A stretch of 64,000 bases of DNA from Leucoraja ocellata (lineage: Eukaryota): NCBI GenBank assembly GCA_036785375.1, contig JAWMAR010003932.1, positions 1 through 64,000 of the forward strand. The letters run 5' to 3'. The notes beneath the pieces are model-generated. The model was not told where the DNA came from and made no database searches. It worked only from the letters and a program-made list of their open reading frames with translations. The number at the start of each line of letters is the position of its first letter. The stretch's first letter is position 1. Both the position numbers and the translations under genes were made by a program. Below, piece by piece: positions 49,755 to 61,829 of this stretch.

Positions 49755-50646
49755 CTATCCTGCTGTATTCAGGATGAGGTCAATAGGTACATCCATCCTA
49801 ACTGCCGTTGATGTGGAGGCTGCCCTAGTGGAATGAGATTTAAAGGTGTTAATATCTATCCCAGCAGCTTCCAATACCTGTTTTAGCCATCTTGAGATGG
49901 TTTGGCTTGTTACCCGGCCATGAGGTTTTTTTGTGGCTGACCCATAAGGCTTGTTCACTCCCTCTGATGTTGTGGATTGTGTCGATATACTGTATTAGGT
50001 GGGTCACCACACAGAACCATGGCTCTAGTGGGTAGGCCCAGAATACCACTAGTGAATTGGATGTTCCTGGCCTGCTTTGTTTCACCAGACCTTGTAGAAT
50101 GAATGTTATCTGGTCTGGAGTTGTTTTCATGTCGTCCAGTCTCAATTTGTGTAGCGACTGGACCCTCTGAGCAGATACCAGTGCCATCAGCATGAGCGTC
50201 TTCAGTGTTGATTGCTCGAGGCTGAGGGATCTAGCTGGTGGCCATTCCCGGAGGTATGTCAGGACGACACTGATGTCCCAAATATGGGTATACCTGGGCT
50301 TAGGGGGCTTGATGTTGTAAATGCCCCTCATCAGTTTAACCACCAGTGGATGGGATCCCATGGCCTGGTGTCCTGCTGGTTTGAGGTACGCGGAAAGAGC
50401 ACTGCGTGCCGTGTTGATGGCACTGTAGCTAATCCCTTCATGATGGTGTAGATAGGCCAGGAACTCCAATGCGTTGGTTACTGTGGCTGTTTCATATGAT
50501 GTCCCTGTTTCCTGGCAGTACTTCTCCCATTTTCTGATGCTGGTTAAGTACTGCCTCTTGGTAGATGTTCGCAGGGATGCTGACATGGTGGTGATGGTTT
50601 GTTCGGATAATCCCAGGTCCAGGTAGGGTCTGTTCAGAATCTGCAA
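49755..50646 (-). pseudogene. DIRS tyrosine recombinase (lambda integrase family), frameshifted
   Basis: INTARSALS, LVSAQRVQSL, VKQSRP, TISRWLK, FKSHSTRAAS (H-x-x-R); frameshift near 49925 and stop at the conserved Trp position. Confidence 0.88.
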
Positions 50647-53600
50647 CGCAGGAGATTAATGTCTTGATGGCATGGGTGGCTTATTCCTGACACTGGGCGA
50701 ATCAATAGTCCTGGATGACTGGGAAACACCATTGGTGATTCCACCACCATGTCATGTAGTACTGGGAACCATGGCTGTGTAGGCCAGTCGGGTACCACCA
50801 AAATACCAGAAGCCGCGTCCATCTGGATGTTGCGAAGTACCCGACTAATGAGGCAGAAGGGAGGAAAGGCATAGACAAATAACTTTCCCCAATCCAGCGT
50901 GAAGGCATCTACCGCTGCTGCCTCTGCATCTGGTTCCCAAACGACATACATAGTTAACTGGAGATTTAGTCTTGATGCAAATAAATCGATATCTGGCGTC
51001 CCATATTGCTTGACAATTTTAGCAAATGCTTTAGGATTTAACATCCATTCGATGCTGTCATTGAATTTGCGTGACCTGGTGTCTGCCACTGTGTTTAGCG
51101 TACCTGGTAGATAGGTAGCTGAAAGCCAAATATGTCTTTCGACACACCATTGCCAAATCATATTGACCAATTTGTCGCATGATAAAGATTTTATGCCGCC
51201 CATATGGTTAATATAAGCCACCGCCGTAGTATTATCTATTTGTAATCGAACATGCAAGTGCTGCATATTTGATGCATATGCTTTTAAACCATAAAAGGCG
51301 CCCAACATTTCTAAATAGTTAATGCCCATTGTAGATAGTAATGATGATTCTGAGTTAGTCCATCTACCACCTGTGCTGGATATGGAGTTAGTTGCTCCCC
51401 AGCCTTGAGCACTGGCATCTGTTTGAAGAACTAAATTAGGATTAGTAACGATAATAGGACTAAAACTATGCCAAATATTTTGTGTCCATCACTGTAGCTC
51501 TGATATTGCTTCCGTGGGTAACATCATGACCCGATCATGGTGACCTCTATGTTGTTTTAGTGCCTGCACATTTGCTCTTTGTAAATTTTGATAATGCAAA
51601 GCTCCAAATTGTGTAGCCGGAAATGCTGCTACCATTTTACCAATTAATGTTGCTACTTGTCGAATAGTTGGTCTTTTGTTGACTATTAAATTATTGCATG
51701 ATTGTGCTAATGCAATCATCTTTTCCCTTGGCAGAGTAATAGTCATTTGGACTGAATGAATTGTGAACCCCAGGAAGTCCATAATAGAGGATGGATTTAA
51801 CTTGGATTTATCTGGATGTAGGACAAATCCCAGAGTTTCAATTAGCTATTTTGTAGCTGAGACTGCTGCCACAGCTAATTCCATAGTTTTCCATACTATG
51901 AGGATATCATCCAAATATGCCATGATTGTATGTTTTTGTTTCCTTAATATTGCCATGGCTGGCTTCAATATTTGTGTGAACAATCTTGGGCTGACGTGAG
52001 CCCATTAGGCAATGCTTTGTACTGCCACAGCTGCCCCATCCAGGTAAATTTTAGGTATCTGCTATGATCCTTATGTATGGGTACTAGATAGTAAGCATCC
52101 TTGAGGTCAATGTTTGCCATGTAGTATCCTTTGGAAATCAGTTGTCTAGCAGTCACAAATGTTTCCATTTTGAAATGTATATACTTAACAAACTCGTTTA
52201 CATAGAAACATAGAAACATAGAAATTAGGTGCAGAAGTAGGCCATTCGGCCCTTCGAGCCTGCACCGCCATTTAATATGATCAAGGCTGATCATCCAACT
52301 CAGTATCCCGTACCTGCCTTTTCTCCATACCCTCTGATCCCCTTGGCCACAAGGGCCACATCTAACTCCCTCTTAAATATAGCCAATGAACTGGCCTCAA
52401 CTATCCTCTGTGGCAGAGAGTTCCAGAGATTCACCACTCTCTGTGTGAAAAAAGTTCTCCTCATCTCGGTTTTAAAGGATTTCCCCCTTATCCTTAAGCT
52501 GTGACCCCTTGTCCTGGACTTCCCCAACATCGGAAACAATCTTCCTGCATCTAGCCTGTCCAACCCCTTAAGAATTTTGTAAGTTTCTATAAGATCCCCT
52601 CTCAATCTCCTAAACTCTAGAGAGTATAAACCAAGTCTATCCAGTCTTTCTTCATAAGACAGTCCTGACATCCCAGGAATCAGTCTGGTGAACCTTCTCT
52701 GCACTCCCTCTATGGCAATAATGTCCTTCCTCAGATTTGGAGACCAAAACTGCACGCAATACTCCAGGTGTGGTCTCACCAAGACCCTATACAACTGCAG
52801 TAGAACCTCCCTGCTCCTATACTCAAATCCTCTTGCTATGAAAGCCAACATGCCATTCGCTTTCTTTACTGCCTGCTGCACCTGCATGCCTACCTTCAAT
52901 GACTGGTGTACCATGACACCCAGGTCTCGCTGCATCTCCCCCTTTCCCAATCGGCCACCGTTTAGATAATAATCTGCTTTCCCGTTTTTGCCACCAAAAT
53001 GGATAACCTCACATTTATCCACATTAAACTGCATCTGCCAAACATTTGCCCACTCACCCAGCCTATCCAAGTCACCTTGCAGTCTCCTAGCATCCTCCGC
53101 ACACCTAACACTGCCCCCCAGCTTAGTGTCATCCGCAAACTTGGAGATATTGCCTTCAATTCCCTCATCCAGATCATTAATATATATTGTAAATAGCTGG
53201 GGTCCCAGTACTGAGCCTTGCGGTACCCCACTATTCCCTGCCTGCCATTGTGAAAAGGACCCGTTTACTCCTACTCTGTGCTTCCTGTTTGCCAGCCAGT
53301 TCTCTATCCACATCAATACTGAACCTCCAATGCCATGTGCTTTAAGTTTGTATACTAATCTCTTATGTGGGACCTTGTCGAAAGCCTTCTGGAAGTCCAG
53401 ATACACCACATCCACTGGTTCTCCCCTATCCACGCTACTAGTTACATCCTCGAAACATTCTATAAGATTCGTCAGACATGATTTACCTTTCGTAAATCCA
53501 TGCTGACTTTGTCCAATGATTTCACCACTTTCTAAATGTGCTGCTATCCCATCTTTAATAACTGACTCTAGCAGTTTCCCCACTACCGATGTTAGGCTAA

Positions 53601-53990
53601 CTGGTCTGTAATTCCCCGTTTTCTCTCTCCCTCCCTTCTTAAAAAGTTTAGGGATGTTAAGTCAATGATGATGCGACATCCACCATCTTTTTTGGTTTTG
53701 GTAAATATATTGGATACAAATTCCAAGGGTTCATGTTTGGTCTTTTCTATGACCCCCTTATTTATAAGTCACGCCAGTTCAGCTTGTCCCTCCCGTTGCT
53801 CTTTATTGGAGGGAGAAAATACCCTTTCGGGCCAATGTTGAACTGGCGGTGTTGTTTCTGATATAAACTGAATTTTATATCCTCTAATGCTGTTGAGTAT
53901 ATACTTGTCACTCGTGATCATCCCCCATGCTTTTTTAAACAAGTGTAATCCCCCCCCTGTTAGTAAAGCATCTTTATTCTCTATATGCTG
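50634..53990 (-). pseudogene. DIRS pol: reverse transcriptase, RNase H and DNA N6-adenine methyltransferase-like domain; frameshifted and split by CR1
   Basis: HFKMET, IDLKDAY, ALPNGL, MAYLDD, TDAS..GWGA, INYLE, QIDNTTAVAYINHMGG, DLFASRLN, YAFPPF, VVPDWPTQPWF. Confidence 0.88.
52201..53645 (-). mobile_element. 5'-truncated young CR1 LINE inserted in DIRS RT
   Basis: Uninterrupted 427-aa RT ORF ([27 protein letters not shown]); (TTCTATGT)n tail; GTTTA duplicated at 52196-52200 and 53646-53650. Confidence 0.95.
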
Positions 53991-55228
53991 GTAGGAACCA
54001 GACCCACCTACCTCCATGGTTATTGGCGGTTTTGTCTTTTCTGTTTTCTGAGTGCTTTGTTCTGGCGACGTGCTGGCGATGTTGGGGGGAGGCGCATTTT
54101 CCAGGGGGGTCCGCGGCGGGCCCTGATCTAAAAAAGATCTTTGGGGATAATGCGTCCCCAAGCGTTCACCAGTCCCATATTCCAGACGTCGACTGGTGGA
54201 TGCCGTGGGGTGCTGCCGCTTGGGTATCGGAGGTCGTGGTTTGCTCGTCCCGGGGCCTGCCCTCATGAGGCCGAAGGTTTTTGATGCCTCTTCCATGTCC
54301 TTCGGCTTTTTGTTCAGATCTTTCCCAAACAGCAGTGAGTCAGCCTCCGCAGCTGGGGCTTTGCACAAGCCAACAAATTTGGGATTGAGGGCAGGTCTTA
54401 TATTTTCCCTCCGGAGATTGTTGAGTTCGAATTGTGTGGTACACATTAATGCCAGCACATCCTGCTGGCATGTATTCATCTCCGTTGTCTCCACAGAACG
54501 AGCAAAGGCTGTGATAGCTGACGTCAGGAGCCTTAGGATCCGCTGTAGCTTGAGTTCTTGTGCCCGAATAGGGGCCCCCACATTTCCCCGGATTTGGCTG
54601 TTGAGGCTTTTTACCTTAAGGGCCTCACAGTTCTCTGGTGCTGTATGTTCTTCCAGCACCTCGGCGAGCACCTTTTTCAGTAGAGGTTTATTGGATAGGT
54701 GGTTAATACTGGCTGCCATTTTTGGCTCCAGCGGTGCTCCAGCCCGTGGGGTTGCTACGAAGCGGTCCACCACACCCAACAGCTGTTCCTGTTCCTGCAC
54801 CCCATGCATACTCCCGATTGACACGACACTATGGAGGATGTGCCTGTCCTGTCTCCCCGGGAGCGCTGCTGTTCCCGGTGGACCATCTCCTCCAGGAGCT
54901 GCTGAATGCAGCTCAGGCGGCTGTCTCTCCTCCGCTTTGGGGGAGACATGTCCCCCTCCGACGAATCGGATTCGACCGGCCGATTGGTCTTCCTGGCCGC
55001 TTTCCCAGTCCGCCGTGCAGGCTCTGGCGTGACTGGGTCAAGTCGGTCTCGGGGATAGCGAAACGCTCTGAGAACGACGCTGCCGCCGGTTGCTGCCCCG
55101 CTGGAATAGAACGCTCCTCTGGTGGAGTTAAAGCGCGGGCAGTTCTGTTCGAGAGTTTTCTGCGTTGAGACATTCTGTGCAAGCCTGCAAAACACTAAAC
55201 GCGACTCTCCTCTGTTATCCCAACGCAC
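53769..55228 (-). pseudogene. DIRS ORF1 (gag-like), frameshifted, running into the start of pol
   Basis: ORFs 54755..55228 and 53769..54824; motifs PENCEAL, LNNLRRENIRPALNP, LLFGKDL; then GGLHLFKKAW...SIRGYKIQF typical of the DIRS RT N-terminus. Confidence 0.7.
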
Positions 55229-55916
55229 CGTCTACTTACCAGACGGTCCGTTTTAAAGCGCAGCTGGAGAGCCTGACTCCAGGTACCGCCGCTGTTGCAC
55301 TGCTGGCGTAAAAGCGCGCCTGCGCACTGAGCGGGTTCTTCACGTAGTCGTTCACGTGACTCCGAAGTAAAATACATGTAACGTCTACATAACTCCGAAA
55401 AAAATGCATAGTTTAAATGTATCCGATAAAGTAGATGGGATGTCGGGAACGTAGCTGAGCTGAAGGGAGGACCGTCCAGTTGTCTGATAAGTGCTGAGAA
55501 GAAACTGTCCCTGAGTCCTGAGAGACAGGTTTTGAAATTCTGCACATCTTGTCTGACGGGACTGGGTTGAAAACGCAGTGACCGGGGTGAGGATGGTCAT
55601 TGATGATGCTGCTGGTCTGGGCGAGGCAGCGTCATGTTTAGATGGTGTCAATGAAGGGAAGTTGGTTTTATTTGAGCGTCTGGGCAACGTCCACAACGCT
55701 GCAATTTATTCGGTCCTTAAAATGAGCTGTTCACAAACCATAGGTGGACACAGAAAGCTCGAATAACTCAATGGGTCAAACGGAATATCGGGAGAAATGG
55801 AATGGGTAAAGTTTTGTGTCGAGACCGTACCTCAGATAAATAGTCAGGGGGAAGATAAACGAGATATATAGACGACGATATAGAGTGATATACATCCTAA
55901 TGGTTGCCCTTGATCG

Positions 55917-57160
55917 AAACATAGACATAGAAAATAGGTGCAGGAGGAGGCCATGCATCTCTTCGAGTCTGCACCGCCATTCAATATGATCATGGCTGAT
56001 CATCCAACTCAGTATCCTGTGCCTGACTTCTCTCCATACCCCCTGATCCCTTTAGCCACAAGGGCCACATCTAACTCCCTCTTAAATATAGCCAATGAAA
56101 TAACCATATGACCATATAACAATTACAGCACGGAAACAGGCCATCTCGGCCCTACAAGACCATGCCGAACAAATTTTGTTCCCCTTAGTCCCACCTGCCT
56201 GCACTCGTACCATAACCCTCCATTCCCTTCTCATCCATATGCCTATCCAATTTATTTTTAAATGATACCAATGAACCTGCCTCCACCACTTCCACTGGGA
56301 GCTCATTCCACACCGCCACCATTCTCTGCGTAAAGAAGTTCCCCCTCATACTACCCCTAAACTTCTGTCCCTTAATTCTGAAGTCATGTCCTCTTGTTTG
56401 AATCTTCCCTATTCTCAAAGGGAAAAGCTTGTCCACATCAACTCTGTCTATCCCTCTCATCATTTTAAAGACCTCTATCAGGTCCCCCCTTAACCTTCTG
56501 CGCTCCAGAGAATAAAGACCTAACTTATTCAACCTAATGGCCGCAACTACCTTCTCTAGCAAAGAATTCCAGAGATTCACCACTCTCTGTGTGAAAAACG
56601 ATTTTCTCATCTCGGTCCTAAAAGATCCCCCCCTTATCCTTAAACTGTGACCCCTTGTTCTGGACTTCCCCAAAATCGGGAACAATCTTCCTGCATCTAG
56701 GCTGTCCAATCCCTTAAGAATTTTGTAAGTTTCTATAAGATTCCCCCTAAATCTTCTAAATTCTAGCGATAACATGCCATTCGCTTTCTTCACTGCCTGC
56801 TGTACCTGCATGCCTACTTTCAATGACTGGTGTACCATGACACCCAGATTTCGTTGCATCTCCTCTTTTCCCAAACGGCCACCATTCAGATAATACTCTA
56901 CATTTTTGTTTTTGCCACCAAAGTGGATAACCTCACATTTATCCACATTATACTGCATCTGCCAAGCATTTGCCCACTCACCCAGCCTATCCAAGTCACC
57001 TTGCAGCCTCCTAGCATCCTCCTCACAGCTAACACTGCCCCCCAGAATAGCCTGCTCTCTGGTTGGTGCCTCTACATGTTGGTTTAGAAAACTATCACGA
57101 ATACATTACAAGAAATCCTCTTCCTCAGCACCCCTGACAATTTGATTCACCCAATCTATC
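55917..57160 (-). mobile_element. Nested CR1 fragments (one subfamily inserted at about 56099-56535 into another)
   Basis: Two CR1 3' tails; repeated LYSLE/RLRGDLIE motifs in chimeric ORF 56185..56994. Confidence 0.85.
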
Positions 57161-57695
57161 ACCCAGCCTTCATAGTAACCACAGCTAGTTTGAAGAAGCA
57201 TATGCAATATGTTCATCGAAGTACGTTCCAAATGTTAATGTATTTAGAGTTTGGTAAATGGTGACAATGTCTGTGCCGCATCTCTTCCCTGTGCACGTAA
57301 AGGTCAGACGCTCAATTCAACAGCAGTTCAAGAGATCGCTATGAATTATCAGATCCAGAACTACACTACCTCATCCAACAAAGTAACACCCTTTCATAGT
57401 TTTGCAAGCGACACTATAAGTAATTGCACTTGTCAAATGTGATCCTCGTCCTGCATTAAAACTATTCAATCTTCTATATCCCTGTATAAAATCTAAGTTT
57501 GTACTATTACAGTCGGAGAAGAGTCATAAGAAATCTAAAAATAATAATTGTTTGCAACATCCCTTGAGGTGCCTAATTCACTGTACAATGATGCAATGAG
57601 CGAAAGTTGGTGACGGGTCATTTGTTCAGTGGACTGTGTCTGAGGTGACTGAAGTGACGGTCGCACTAATTGTCATAGTCGACGTGCCCTGATTG

Positions 57696-57702
57696 TATAA
57701 TA
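57696..57702 (+). promoter_or_regulatory. Putative TATA box of GPCR paralog 3
   Basis: TATAATA about 75 nt upstream of ATG. Confidence 0.4.
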
Positions 57703-57773
57703 GGGCTCGAAACCAAACACCGGTAGATGAAAGGAGTTAGCGCATTATACCGATTCGCAGCTTTGGATGGAAA

Positions 57774-59720
57774 ATGGGATATTCAGCAATTTACTACATA
57801 GCGAGCATATACTATCCTGTTCTTGTCGCGTTTGGAATACCGGGTAAGAAATAGAAGCTGACTATTTTTGATGCTTTTCGTTTTCTTGTTAACCCCCGGC
57901 GTGTGCAAAACGACGACCATTATGTCCATCTCAGGTGTTTTTCGAATCATTTTCAGGTTTCAAGCTTATGGAGTCTTTTAAAATCTGATTTTCTCGCACT
58001 GTTTACTCTTCGATTTAGATATGTTGTCCGTTGTAAACATAAACTGAGCGGCTCTAGTGTTTTTGTGGCCAACATTTGATCCCGTTGTAATTTCAAAAAT
58101 CATTCCTGATGCATTTTTTACGTTCATACAAATTGTAGGGTCAATAGTCAGAACACGCTGATTTCTGTCGGGAAGTAGGTATTCCTGAACGTGGTTGTTG
58201 CAGTCTTCAGACTCCTGTACCTCCTACCTGAAGGTAGCAGGGAGATGAGTGTGAGGCCAGGATGGTGTGGGTCTTTGATGATACTGCCAGCCATTTTGAC
58301 TAATTCGACAAGCTGGATGCAGGAAATGTGTTTATATGAAATAGGCCATTATTAGTCCCAAATTATTTGAAGTGTTAACAGAGGCCGATGCATATTCGTG
58401 GCCCTTTCATTGCAATCGTCAGCTATCTACCCTTTGGGTAATAATGTTTCATTAATTTCATCATATTACATTAAGTAATAAGTAATACAGCTTTTATTAA
58501 TTGTATTTATTCTGTTGTATCTCAACTCGTACACTTAACAACCGATGTAACCGAGCTATTAGTGACGTTGGTATGTCTTAACAGCTTTTTTTCCCAACGT
58601 GTGAGAATTTTAATTTGAAAAAGTTTATTATCGTTCGGAATCGTGTTGTATTTGGCAGAAACCTATTGCGTCAGGTGTTGGTTGCAATCAGCTCCAGGAT
58701 GGAAATCGATTTCACCACGGTAGGGACTTGTTTCCCCAGGTACACGAAACGAGCCGAGGAGATTGACTACGTTTGCAACGAGGATTCCTTTATCAATATT
58801 GTTCCTCTTGTTTCCATTCAGTTAACTTAATGGCAATCGTGATCCTCTCGCGTGGAAAATGCGGTCTTTCCAAGTGCATCACACGTTACCTGGTGGGAAT
58901 GGCGGCGGCAGATCTCATGGTGGTCATCGTCGTTGCATTATTGGAGCAGACAAATATGATCCATAAATATTCCCGTTTATTGCACATCACTCCAATTTGT
59001 GCTCTGACAACTGTTTTGAGGGTTGCAACTACGGGCTGTTCCGTTTGGCTTACGGTGGCTTTCACCTTCGATCGCTTCATCGCAATATGCTGCCAACAGT
59101 TGCAGATAAGGTATTGCAGCGAAAGGACTGCGACGGTGGTTATAGTAGTCGTGACAATATTGTGCTGTGCCAGATGTATCCCGGTTTACTTTGCAATAGA
59201 GCCTTACGCCATAATTGATCACATGCCATGGGGCTGCATCTTAATAGCAGGATACTACACTTCTTCCATGTGGAAAGCGTTCGAGTTAATTGACAGTATC
59301 TTGACACCGTTATTACCAATCGCGTTAATTCTACTGTTTAATTGGTTGACAGTTAGACACATTATTGCGGCAATTAGAGTTCGCCAAAGTCTGCGGAACA
59401 ACAGCGAGAATCAGAAGGATCCAGAAGTGGAAAACCGGAGAAAGTCAATGGTTTTGTTGTTTGCTCTATCAGCCAATTTCATATTATTGTGGATGCCTTA
59501 TGTGGTATCTTCTGTGAACTGGCAAATGCAAAATTATTTTTACACAGACTGATATATGAGTAACCCAACATATATCCTGCAGGAACTTGGGTATATGTTT
59601 AAATTCCTCAGCACCTGCACCAACACATGTATCTATATACTGTCACAGAGGAAAATCAGAGAGGAGCTGAAGAATGGTGTGAAATTCGTGCTTACACTGA
59701 ATGGTCATTGTTGTGAATAG
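57774..59720 (+). pseudogene. GPR139-like GPCR paralog 3; exons 57774-57843 and 58822-59720; premature TGA at 59550-59552 before TM7
   Basis: Exon 1 MGYSAIYYIASIYYPVLVAFGIP with G|gtaaga; acceptor tttccattcag; AFTFDRFIAIC; after the TGA the same frame continues YMSNPTYILQELGYMFKFLSTCTNTCIYILSQRKIREELKNG to TAG at 59718-59720. Confidence 0.85.
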
Positions 59721-60954
59721 CACGCGAATCTAATTTTAAATCAGTTGGGCGGCCGCATAAAAGTTAATGGAACTCCGATGTAGTTTTGGAAATGTATCAG
59801 GAATGTATGTAACAGTTAGTAGCTTTGTGCTGCCACGTCAGGCAACATGATCATTTCGAATCAATACGTGAAACTGCGCATGCGCATTAAATACCTATGG
59901 CTTGATGTTTATGTCGGTAAACGTGTTTTCCAAGCCATTTGTATATTGATACCTGGTGTATCGTGTTTATGTCATTCAACGGACATTTATGGAAGTAGCC
60001 AAGCATTTGTAATTACAAATTAAATTAAAGTCAAAAAATCGAAAACCTTCGTTGATCTCAAAATATAATGCAAGTGCATGTGCACAGTTGGCAATTGTTT
60101 TTGCACCGAAGACCGCATTCAGATTACAGACATTTACTTAATTGGACAGACGAATAAAATACTCATAGTATGATTAAAAAACATTAAGTCACCGGATTAC
60201 TCACCTCTTTGGTATCCGTGTTTATCTCTCGGTGGCAATTGCAAACACTGAACAGGATGGAAAAATGCTGTACGGTTTCCCTAGAAACTGGGCGCCATCG
60301 ACGAACAGCGTTTGGTAAGTTTCTCAGGACTCATACAGTAAGTGGCAAAGCACCAGTGAGCTTTGTGGAAGTCGGGTACCCTGGGTACAGGTTTAATGCT
60401 CCTATCTTTCCCTGAAATCAGAAACAGAGTTAGACAGTGAGCGAAGAAGACGTTCCGCGTGATTGATTTCATACGTCTGATCAATGTGACAAATTTAATT
60501 TTGAAATGAATCAGAGGTGAAGATCAAAATATTTATCAACTACTGGAAGTAATTTCGTATTGCAGTGTTCAATGTGCATGTGCGACGCGTGTGTGATGAC
60601 ATATTTGTCGAAAATGGGTCCACGACGCGAAACCAAACTATCCGTAGCAAAAAATCATGCGATTTGCTGAGAGAAGGTAACAAGACAGAATGCTGCTGTG
60701 CAGATCTCCGGAGCAAATGAATAGGCAACGTTAACGGTCGGAACCCTTGGCTGGTGCAATGTGACTGCCATTGGGGCATACATGCGCAAAATATACGTTA
60801 TGTATATGTATATATCTGTCCAAATATATTCTAATAATTCAATCCTCGTCTGCAGCCTCATCTGGCAGCTCATTCCAGACGTGGACAACACAGAGTGAAA
60901 AGGTTAACCTTGCAATAACTCTTCAATGTTTCCCACCCACGTTAAACCTTAAGC

Positions 60955-61415
60955 ATTCATAGCAAACGGATTTGAGTATAGGAGCAGGGAGGTTCTACTG
61001 CAGTTGTACAGGGCCTTGGTGAGACCACACCTGGAGTATTGCGTTCAGGTTTGGACTCCAAATCTGAGGAAAGACATTCTTGCCATAGAGGGAATACAGA
61101 GAAGGTTCACCAGACTGATTCCTGGGACGTCAGGACTTTCATATGAAGAAAGACTGGATAGACTCGGCTTGTACTCGCTAGAATTCAGAAGATTGAGGGG
61201 GGATCTTATAGAAACTTACAACATTCTTAAGGGGTTGGACAGGCTAGATGCGGGAAGATTGTTCCCAATGTTGGGGACGTGCAGGAGAAGGGGTCACAGT
61301 TTAAGGGTAAAGGGGAAATCCTTTAGGATTGAGATGAGAAAAACATTTCTCACATAGAGAATGGTGGATGTCTGGAACTCTCAGCCACAGAAGGCAGTTG
61401 ACGCCAGTTCATTGG
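60955..61415 (+). mobile_element. CR1 C-terminal fragment
   Basis: RPHLEYCVQVW...RLRGDLIETY. Confidence 0.88.
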
Positions 61416-61829
61416 GGGGGGGGGGGGGGGGGTCAAATGAAGTGTTTTTTTCTCTACCTCACTCATATAATCGCACTCCTATATAAGGCCGCCCTGAACG
61501 CCTACGCTCCACACCAAAAGCATTCGCTCCCGGTAACTCAAACTAACAATTCCGGGTAAGATGCTGATGAATATCTGCTACATTTTTTGTTCAACAGCAT
61601 ACCATCGTTTTATATCCTGGCGACCAGTACTGCACACACAACACTAAGAGTGGTCTTCCTCTGGCATTACATGCTCAATCTGTCTGACACGTCATCCTCA
61701 AAACATTATCTTTTGTTCGTTGAATCTTTCTTCTGCTCTGTATGCAATTAGACACAACCAAAGGTATTGTGACTATTGCTTCCAACCATCGTAACCTGAG
61801 ACTGAAAAGGCGTCCTGACCAGAAATATC

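Larger units (their letters stand above)
49148..55374 (-). mobile_element. DIRS1-type tyrosine-recombinase retrotransposon, full length, decayed, interrupted by a CR1
   Basis: gag-like, RT, RNase H, methyltransferase-like and YR reading frames; 30-bp inverted repeat 49231-49260 / 55315-55344; internal complementary region 49386-49493 matching both termini. Confidence 0.93.

Noticed and set aside
54196-55168. 278-aa and 148-aa plus-strand ORFs
   Set aside because: Antisense shadows of the GC-rich DIRS gag region
56185-56994. 269-aa ORF
   Set aside because: Chimera of two nested CR1 3' fragments
58773-58821. ORF-track N-terminus MQRGFLYQYCSSCFHS for GPCR3
   Set aside because: Intronic; the real N-terminus comes from exon 57774-57843
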